DNA from: Neoconidiobolus thromboides FSU 785
Lineage: Eukaryota > Fungi > Entomophthoromycota
Reading direction: 5' to 3'
DNA length: 64,000 bases
Assembly (NCBI GenBank): GCA_025603075.1
Contig: MU626326.1
Coordinates: forward strand, 36,691 to 100,690
Numbering within the stretch: the first letter of the stretch is position 1; each line of letters starts with the position of its first letter. A program made the position numbers and the translations under genes. The notes below the pieces were generated by a model. The model was not told the DNA's origin. It searched no databases and was given only the letters and a program-made list of their open reading frames with translations. Below, piece after piece: positions 11,012-19,953 of this stretch.

Positions 11012-11650
11012 AGTTGGATATATTGTTTTGACTTGAAGTTTGATTTTTAATATTAATGTTGATATTTTCCTCACTATTTGTAAACCATTTTTTCTATGTA
11101 TTTGTAACCTCAACTCATTATTAAGAGCTAGAATTAGTATAATCAATAACCTTTAATCTTTTTGATTTAAATTACAGTTGAAACTTTGTTGTGACTTTTT
11201 TTAGCAATGGTTCTTACGTTTTTTATTTATATAGCCAATTTTTTTAAGACCTAGTCTATATATCAAGTAAATTTTATTACAAAGTTATTTTTTAAGTGAG
11301 CAGTTGATTAGGTCGGATAAGAGTTGCAGCAGCTGTAAGGTATCTATTTTTATACAATCCTGGCATTCAGTTTTTAAAAACTATTTGGACTTTTTTAAAC
11401 AAGTGATTGCCAGTATTATTAATTGCGGCTATCAACATAAACATAAGTTTATAAAAAACTAAATGATATAGTTGAAAATCAAATATGTTTTTATGTTATT
11501 ATTGCTTTTATTAAAAAACTTTAAATTTATTACACATATATAGTTGTTATATAAAACTATTGCTTTAAAGTTTGTCATAATAAACACATTGATTAAAAAC
11601 TCAGCTATAACACTTATTAGTTACCTTGTTTTATATATTACAAACAGCAT

Positions 11651-11751
11651 TGGGGACGTATTTTTGTGTCTAAGAATTTTACTACCAATTTTTCAGCTTA
11701 AATAGCGCTTAGAAAATGGAAAAAATAATGAAGTCAAAAAAAACACTCCCA
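11651..11751 (+). mobile_element. ~100-bp MITE family A, copy 1
   Basis: TGGGGACGT...ACACTCCCA termini and the shared core TAAGAATTTTACTA...AAATAGCGCTT...ATGGAAAA...AATGAAG. Confidence 0.8.
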
Positions 11752-11789
11752 TTATATTTTTAAAATAAATTAATACTTTTAGTCAAATA

Positions 11790-12194
11790 TGTGAAATGTC
11801 GCTTTGTCAGCTCCATGATTGATTATAACATAAAAACCACCTAAGTTGTTATGTTCTCGAGTTCGGAGGCAATTAATCCTATGCTCTTAGTTTGATTTGC
11901 TATGAGAATTTCTAGCTTCATCCCAAATAATATTAACATCTTATTTTGATATTTGCACTTATCAGAATATAAAAGAAGCTTTAGGACATAGTAGCTCAAG
12001 GCCTTTTAACTGGATTATTCCCTGATATCTCGTACATTTAATAAAGCCACTGAATTTTCTTAGTAGTATTTTACGTAGATTTTACAGTAGTATTGTCTAT
12101 TCTGTTTGTCTTACATGGATTATGAATGATAGCAAGTAATATGCTATAAACCAAGTCTATCTTAGCCACACAAACTAAGACCTTTCGACTTACA
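11790..12194 (+). mobile_element. Solo-LTR-like element, copy 1 (~405 bp)
   Basis: Collinear with 35074-35477. Ends are TGTGA...TTACA, with an internal TATAAAAG (11968) followed by AATAAA (12040). The TSD is not clean. Confidence 0.6.
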
Positions 12195-12649
12195 GCATAT
12201 GGGGTTGTCTGAATTAGTTTCATTATTTTATCCAATTTTTGAAAAATTTTGTATTTTAAAAACTTCGCTTAAAATTCTATAAAATCAAATCTTTATTAAA
12301 ATAAAAGTACCCGGACACAGTTCTAAATCATTCTATTACAGTTTATACTGTAAGTTAGCTGAATTTCTACTAGATCTTAAATACATATTCTTATAAAGCT
12401 TAATTGAGAAATATTTATTATCAACTGCTTTATAACCAAGATTGTAGATTTGCTATTAAATAAATAAACTATTTTAATGTTATAATTACATTATTAATAT
12501 ATTGCCAAGTTAATAAATAGCTGTATGAGAGGGACCGGTTAGCCCCAAAACTATAATTAACCATCCCTATATAGTACAAGTAAAGTAGTTTTTACATATT
12601 ATTACAACTACTTGTTCCTTGAGTATTTATTAACTTAGCTATTAATAGC

Positions 12650-13963
12650 TTAAGTAATCTTGACATTTAACAATCCATTTCTATCATTCAATAAACTACT
12701 TACTTGCTTAGTAAATATCAAAATTTTTAAATTCTCTGTTATCTTCGTAAGGTAAGCTGGGATTGATCTTTTAATTTCTCTATTTTCTATAGACTCTATA
12801 ACTTTAATTGGAACTATATCGCTTTTTTTTGATGTATCGGATACTGGATAACAATGTAGTTTATTGTTATGTTTAATAAAGTGTAAATACTTCTTAATGC
12901 CTTGCATGTCTACTATTATTTTTGTATTTTCGTTTCTTTTATACTTTTTAAAAATTATATCTGTTTTCCCATTATTAATAGTCGAGTTATTAATTTTATT
13001 ATGCTCGCAAATAAAAGCCTCAAATCTTGAGATTAATTGATTGATATCTTCTATTTTACCTAACGCTTCAAAACTACTTTTCCATTTTGAAAGGTTTCCA
13101 AAATGCCCATCAACTATACTTTTTCCATGATGCTCAGCAAAAAAATTAAGATTAACATTCAAACTACTATTTATTTTATGAATTTCTTTAAACATATGGG
13201 GATGTTTTTTTTGGCTTCATTACTCTTTCCATTTTTTAAGCACTATTTGAGTGGAAAAGCTGTTAATAAAATTCTTAAACACAAAAATATATCCCCAATA
13301 TAATGTAGGAACTTCTGGGATCTAAAATGATTTCCTGTATCTGCTCATATATTAGTTTTTGTAAACTTTTTAAATGAAAGTTCTGTAGAGATTAAATCGA
13401 TTAAACAATCTCCTGCATATGCTGAATCATAATTCAATACTTCAGACAAATAATCAAAGTAAACTTTGCCTATTGTTTTATCATCTTTTAAATATAATAC
13501 ACCAAAACCTAATACTGATATAGCTTGTTTATTATAATAATCTAAAGTTATTGAATCTGATCTTGTTCCTATTTCCATATTTTGTTTAAAATCTAAAACT
13601 ATTATACAACTTTTGTTATTTAATTTTTTAATAGTTTCATTAAATGTGTTTTTTTGAGTATCAACACAGAATTTATGTAATTTGTATAATTTTTCTTCTT
13701 CATTAAGAATTTATTCTATCTCTGCTTTGTTTTTTATTGCTGTGTTTATTTTATTTTATTTTCAAATAACTTTTTTCTAATTGTATACTGGGCACATATA
13801 TTACATAGATCCGTTTTTGCTGGATTTTGAAATTACTTGGTATATATTTAAAAAATGTTGACCTAGCTACTGCTTTATCTTTTAGATCATTCAAATGTTT
13901 ACTATATATCATTCTTCTACTTTTATTTAATATATATATTATCTGATGAATATTTACTATCAT
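12650..13963 (-). mobile_element. Degenerate DDD-type DNA transposase (Sola-like), inactivated
   Basis: Fragments occur in order: KTDLCNIC, IIVLDFKQN (D1), NI*ADTGNHFRS (D2, with TGA where W is expected) and FFAEHHGKSIVDGHFG (D3). There are at least two frameshifts, internal stops and a MITE insertion. Confidence 0.7.
13197..13298 (-). mobile_element. MITE family A, copy 2, inserted in the transposase
   Basis: TA on both sides (13195-13196 and 13299-13300). Removing the element and one TA restores CAT TAT ATG TTT (H-Y-M-F) in frame. Confidence 0.9.
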
Positions 13964-14144
13964 TATTTTTTATTATAGTTACTAAGTATGGATATTAGAA
14001 AAAAGAGATGATGTTTTTTATAACTAGATGGAAGGAATTCTCATAGTAAATCAAAATAAAAAGCCTTCAATTAGTTATATAAATCATGACTAAAATAGTC
14101 ATAAAGTTGGAACTAGTTTTATAGATAAGTTAGATGATACTATA

Positions 14145-14244
14145 TGGGGATGTATTTCTGTGTTTAAGAACTCTACTAACAAATTTTCCGCTTAAATAGC
14201 GCTTAAAAAAGGAAAAAGTAATGAAGTTAAAAAAAACACTCCCA
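14145..14244 (+). mobile_element. MITE family A, copy 3
   Basis: TA|TGGGGATGT...ACACTCCCA|TA. Confidence 0.85.
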
Positions 14245-15276
14245 TATTATAAATAATTATAAAGCTGATAAAGGAATATTTTATATGATATTATTTTAGA
14301 ATTTTAAAAATTTATTTTGAAATTTATTTAAAAAGCTTGCATTTCGTATTTGTTTTAATAAAAAATAACTATATATACATTATATGTTAAACATTTAATA
14401 AAAATAATATAAAATACATAATTAGAAAAATTAACTACTTAAAAAAAATAAAACAATTAAAATAAAATTCTACTTTCAAGCTTTCTAAATTTAATTAGTT
14501 TAAGTATCTTTATATATTAATTAAAGAAGTTTTTCAATAATATGCTATTATTTAATCATATAATCTTTTAAAATGTATATATATCAACACATACTTTAAA
14601 TTATTTTTATTTTTTAATAATTATTTTTTAAAAAGTAGTTAAATTTTAAGTCTCAAAGCTGTAAAATTTGATTTTTACTAAACTGCTTAAAAACTGATAT
14701 AAAGTATAAACATACTAACTGATAGCTCTATCATATTTAGAAGTAAAGCTAACTCTAACCTTAACCTTAATCTCTTCAACTTCTATTTTTACCTTGATTT
14801 TAACTTTAACAAATTTATTCTTAAAAAACTTTACAAACTTTTTTTCTTAAACTAAATTTTAAACCTCAAAAGTTTACTTAGTTTGATCCCTATGCTTTTA
14901 TAATTAAAATAATTTGTATCAAAATGACAGGTTTTTTATATTATGTTAAGAGAATTTAATTCTAAAAAGTAATAGTTTTAGCTAAAACAGTTAATTTCAA
15001 TTCTTAAGCTTTTTAATAAAAGCTAAGTTTCACCTAAAGTAATTTTCTATGACATAAATTAACTTATCTATATTTTTTTGATTGCAATTCTTAAAAACAG
15101 TAACAACGTTGCAAAAAATAACCTTTGGGATTGCAACCTACGTCTTTACGAATTTTTTTTTGCAAAATTCTTAACTTTTTGAGACAGAGATACACAGGAA
15201 AACCTAATAAACCACTTAGTCGTAATCAGAAGTATAAATCAATATAAAGTTGCACTTCATCTCATTATAGAATAAG

Positions 15277-17511
15277 TTGATCAAAATGTCCAATAACAAA
15301 AACATTATGCGCACCTCAGATGGTTTAGATGAAACGGATGACAAGCTAGATGACTTTGATATCTTATTTGCTGAAACTGAACAAATAATGTTTGATGAAC
15401 CAATCGAAAGGATAAAAGAAGAGATGCCAAAAGCTGTTACAACTGACGATATGAGTGATTTGGAACTCCCTAATTTAAAAGAACAACTTGCTTGTTGGGA
15501 TCAATATGACCAAGCAACTGATGGATACGCGGAATTTAAATCTCCTTACTTTGAATCTGAAGAAAATGACACTCAAGGCTTCGATCCTGATTTTTTAAAA
15601 CTTAAATTGAGTATAGAAACATTCATCCAAGAGGAAGATTATGTAAGCTCATTGTATATAGCTAATCTTATGAACGATCTTTATCCCGAACGTGATTTAC
15701 CAAAATATTTAGTTGCCAAATCTCTTTATCATTTGGGGAATTACCATGCGGCGCATAGGTTATTAAAAGAAATTCCCCAAGATCAAATGGATATAATTAC
15801 TAGCATCTTATTTGCTAAGATCTGTTTGAAATTAAACAACTTTGTTGATGCAGAACAAATATTATCAAAATATAAGGATTTAAATAATTATCAAGTACAG
15901 TTAATTCTTGGTAAAGTGTATAACCTTTTAAATAGAAAAGATCAAGCAGAATTACACTTTGATCGCGCTTGGAAACTTAATGCTTTTTCATATTCTGCTT
16001 ACAACTCCTTATGCTCTGTTATAAGCCTAAATCAAGATGTCTATAAGTTTATAAATAGGATAAGAAAAACATTTAATTCCTCAATTAAATCTTCTGCCCT
16101 TAATGGGAACCAAAATGGAACAATTTCACTAAACAACACTCCAGTAAAAGTAAAAAGACACCATATAGAGCTTCCTTTAAATGGTGCTTTATCTGAGAGT
16201 GGATCTCCACTACCTTTGATACATGATCTTGGTATTTCTCTTGACCATAAAGTGAAATTTTCATCCAAGCCCTATCATATTCAAAGATTTCAGAATTTTA
16301 TTTCTTGGCCTAATGAAAACGAAATAGATAATGAAATTTTGGGTACATTTTCTATTTCTGAACTTAACACTGAAACTGTATCTTCAAAAAGACTTCGTGA
16401 TGATCATGAAGGAGATGATCCTAATAAAAGAGCAGAAAATGAATCAAGTCAACAAAAATCGATCATTGACGCTATTTTCTGTGACATGTTTATTATCAAA
16501 GCATCTTTAACTTTCTGTGAATCAAAATTGGGCGAGGCACATTTAGCTTTACTTCCAGAGAACGTTAGAAAGGGCCAATGGGCTCTTGGGATGCATGCTC
16601 AGGTTTTACTCAGGCAAGAGGAAACAACAAGTGCTAAAGATAAATTTACCAAAATGCTCAATTCATATCCACATTTAATAGAACATATGGAGCATTATAT
16701 AGGATTTTTACTTAAGAAAAAAGACTTCGGCGGGATTTCAGGTATTAATAGCATACTTGAAATAATGGCCCCGGATTCTATGGTTTCGCACCTTGCTCAG
16801 GCTGCTAAATGTTTTGTGCAAGGTCATGATGAAACTGGGGTAGAATTTTTAGAAGAAACAAAAAGGTTATTTCCCGGGGAGTGGGCACCATACTACATTG
16901 GTGGATTACGACATTTACAGTTAAAAAATTACCACGAAGCAAACGATAATTTTCAGCTTGCTTTAAAGTTTAACCCTCGTCATTTTGAATCTTATTTAGG
17001 GGTCTTATCTCTTTCCACTGTTTTAGGAAACTTCGATGAATACATAGACCTTATTAAAATGGGAATTAAATTATCTCATTCTCATTTATCGATTAATAAG
17101 TTAGCACTTCAAACTTTCTTTTCACTTGGAAAGTATGATGAAGTGAGAGATATTTTAAATCGATATACTGATAAAGATAAAGATATACCCGGGATTTCGT
17201 TTTATCGTGCTGTTATGTTAGCTTATGACAAGAAATTTACTCAAGCAAAGGCTATTTTAGAAGAGATACTCAAAACTTACCCTAATCATGCTAGCGCTCG
17301 TGTGATATTAGGTAGAATTTACTGCTATGAGAGAAAAGATGAGGAAGCTTATTTTATGTTTGCAATTGCACAAAATCTAGATCCAAGTCTGAAAGAATCA
17401 ATTAAAGATTTTATGGTTTTTATTAACAATATGAAATTGAAGCCAGGAAGACTAGAAGAGGCAGCCTTTGAGATTAGTGACTTGGTGATTTCAAAGCCGT
17501 GTATTATTTAA
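15277..17511 (+). CDS. CDC27: Divergent Cdc27/APC3-like TPR protein, intronless (likely start 15286)
   Basis: APC3-type N-terminal domain (YLVAKSLYHLGNYHAAHRLLK...FAKICLKLNNFVDAEQIL...LILGKVY...HFDRAWKLNAFSYSAY), a low-complexity linker, then a C-terminal TPR array (LP...QWAL...YPHLIEHMEHY). Confidence 0.65.
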   Translation: MIKMSNNKNIMRTSDGLDETDDKLDDFDILFAETEQIMFDEPIERIKEEMPKAVTTDDMSDLELPNLKEQLACWDQYDQATDGYAEFKSPYFESEENDTQGFDPDFLKLKLSIETFIQEEDYVSSLYIANLMNDLYPERDLPKYLVAKSLYHLGNYHAAHRLLKEIPQDQMDIITSILFAKICLKLNNFVDAEQILSKYKDLNNYQVQLILGKVYNLLNRKDQAELHFDRAWKLNAFSYSAYNSLCSVISLNQDVYKFINRIRKTFNSSIKSSALNGNQNGTISLNNTPVKVKRHHIELPLNGALSESGSPLPLIHDLGISLDHKVKFSSKPYHIQRFQNFISWPNENEIDNEILGTFSISELNTETVSSKRLRDDHEGDDPNKRAENESSQQKSIIDAIFCDMFIIKASLTFCESKLGEAHLALLPENVRKGQWALGMHAQVLLRQEETTSAKDKFTKMLNSYPHLIEHMEHYIGFLLKKKDFGGISGINSILEIMAPDSMVSHLAQAAKCFVQGHDETGVEFLEETKRLFPGEWAPYYIGGLRHLQLKNYHEANDNFQLALKFNPRHFESYLGVLSLSTVLGNFDEYIDLIKMGIKLSHSHLSINKLALQTFFSLGKYDEVRDILNRYTDKDKDIPGISFYRAVMLAYDKKFTQAKAILEEILKTYPNHASARVILGRIYCYERKDEEAYFMFAIAQNLDPSLKESIKDFMVFINNMKLKPGRLEEAAFEISDLVISKPCII

Positions 17512-17823
17512 TTGCATCTTATATCCTTAACCACTTTTGATTCTTGTTATACTTTTTACAACATTCGGCCATTATTTATACATTTTGATGATATTAAAAT
17601 GAAATTACTTAAATATTGATATTTTCTTATATCGTATATTTTAAATTGTTTTTAAATATATTAAATAAATTGAATGATTGATTTGAATTAATAATACTAA
17701 AACTATCTCTTAAAGAGCAATTCAGCCAACTTTCACAAGATAAAAATGAGCTATAATTTAAAAAATTAGTTTATTTAGTATGTCAAAGATGACAAAGATC
17801 TATTTTTTTTAAAAATCAGAAAG

Positions 17824-19302
17824 TTAATTTTGGTCAATATTTAACTGTGCTATTTTTTCAAGCATATCTTTCTGAGAAGGATCTAAAGTTACAGTGTCAT
17901 CGACTTTGTCCCCTTTCTTTCCCTCCTCCTTAGTAGCAGCATCTGTCGTCCCTTCTTCCTCAAATAAAGTATCTACAAACATAATAAGTGCATCGTTTTC
18001 TAAAATTGGTAGTAAATAATTTGGATCTTTAAAAAATTTGGCTGTTTTAGGTATTTCGGATCCTAGGCAGTTGGAATTTAGATAATGAGATTCAAGGTTA
18101 TCTGGAGATTCATAATGACTTGAACACAAGAAACATTTGTTTTGCAATTTATGAAATCTTATACAATTAATTAATTGAACCATTTGATAAAAATCAAGAC
18201 CTAAAATAATAATTTAACGATAAACAAGCTATAAACTACAAGTGCAAACTTACTGAGATCTTTTTGAATTTTAACTAGATCAAACCGGAATCTCTTTTTC
18301 ATATGATTAAGGCACCCAGTAGTTGTATCAAAACTTTGGTTATCGAAAAGAGAATGTGTTTGCTCCTTTTCAATTTCATCCCATTGCATCCAGGCTGAGT
18401 CTCCTTGGTCATCTAATACATCGTCATTCTCCTCCTTTTCTAGCTGCTTCCAGTCTTTGCCAGGTTCCGCATAATTAACAATATAGTATGGATCATATCC
18501 ATGATTTCTGCTATGAATTTTAAAGTGCTTCTTCTTCCTCATATGCTTTCTCAATACTATAGCACTCGTAAACGTTCTTTCGCAATAAATGCACACATTT
18601 CTTTTTAATTTGTCTTCTAAAATCGAAAGGAACTCTTCAACATATACTAAATTATCTGGCAATCCTATATTAAATCCATGCTCTTGGTACATGTGCTGAA
18701 AGAGGCTGGAGCGATTATCAAATATTAGAGAGCAAAAGAGACACTGTCTTGGTTCATTTGCTTCAGTTTTGCGTTCGTTTTCTTGTTCTTGTAACACTGA
18801 GTTTAATTTTTCTTGTTGTAATTTGGTACGAATTTTCCCATCCTTATGAAATCGATGGCTATCAATAATCTTATAAGTAAACCCCTCTATAAAATGTTAG
18901 AAAAATACTTATAAACTAAAACAAAATACCTTGATTATCTTTAATTGGAGGGAGATGCTTATCATCATTTAAAATACTCTGGTTTTCTGCCCAGTACTGT
19001 AAGTATTCGTCTAAAAAGGTACGACAATAAATTAAATTCTTGAAAAAGTACCCATGCTCTTTTTTAACATGATTGCTAATCCCACTTATTTCATACACTT
19101 TTTTATTGCAGTTGTCAAATGGGCAGTTGATTTTGATTGGGTTTGGGGTAAACTTAATGTATTCCTCTTCACTCTCACTATCTTCATACTCACTTGTCTT
19201 TTCTTTATTTTCTACTTCTTCAGTCACAGCCTTGTCTACAACTTTGACAGCTGGTCCTTTCACAGTTTCCCATCCTCCCTCTTCTTTTTCCTTAACTAGC
19301 AT
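17824..19302 (-). CDS. ZNF277: C2H2 zinc-finger protein ZNF277 homologue (three exons)
   Basis: CLFC...HMYQEHGFNIGLPDNLVYVEEFL...CIYCERTF...LRKHMRKKKH...YDPYYIVNYAEPGKDW. The three ORF-track pieces are joined by short introns. Confidence 0.85.
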
Positions 19303-19586
19303 TATAATAAACTAAAAAATATTTTAGATGATAAAAAGGAATTTTTTGTTCATTGTTTCCTTTTATGTACATAAATTGATTTATTCTCCTTTTATCAAAT
19401 TATCTAGAAGCTCCCAAACCTGTAAGTTTCGGTCGAGAAAAACTAAATTCTACTCACTTTTCAATTTACTGATCCAATTATATATTCTTACTAATTGGGC
19501 CAAGGATAAAAGCGGACCTAAAAAATGTCACGTATCTTTTGAACAAGTTTATATAAAATCAATAAACTAAAGTAACCGTAGTGCGA

Positions 19587-19659
19587 GCCCTTGTAGTCTA
19601 ATGGATAAGACGTCGCTCTCCTAAAGCGGAGGTTGCAGGTTCGAGTCCTGCCTGGGGTA
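19587..19659 (+). tRNA. tRNA-Arg(CCT)
   Basis: Cloverleaf with anticodon loop CTCCTAA, T-loop GTTCGAGTC and a downstream T-run terminator. The acceptor stem has one U-U mismatch and two G-U pairs. Confidence 0.9.
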
Positions 19660-19953
19660 CTTTTTGGATATTTTATTTTGTTAAGGAAAATTTGTATGCT
19701 ATATAGCTAAATGCTCTAATGCTAATATTGAAATATATGTACCAAGTATTATACAATTAGAGTATAAAAAATTGCTCTTATACAAATTAAGTTTGAAATT
19801 ACTAAACTTAGTTATTATTTAAAACCTATATCTATTTTGGATATTTATTATAAAATCGAAAAGCTTATATATGTAGTTGAATGACTTGGTTAAAATTTAC
19901 AAATAGGATTATATTAGATATAAATAGAATCAATAAATTATACTTGATATAGA

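Noticed and set aside
14750-14775. TAACCT-like repeats resembling telomeric sequence
   Set aside because: Only about three degenerate units.
17521-17531. ATATCCTTAAC, resembling both a U12-type 5' splice site and a U12 branch point
   Set aside because: It lies 10 nt after the Cdc27-like stop codon, with no intron or exon context that needs it.
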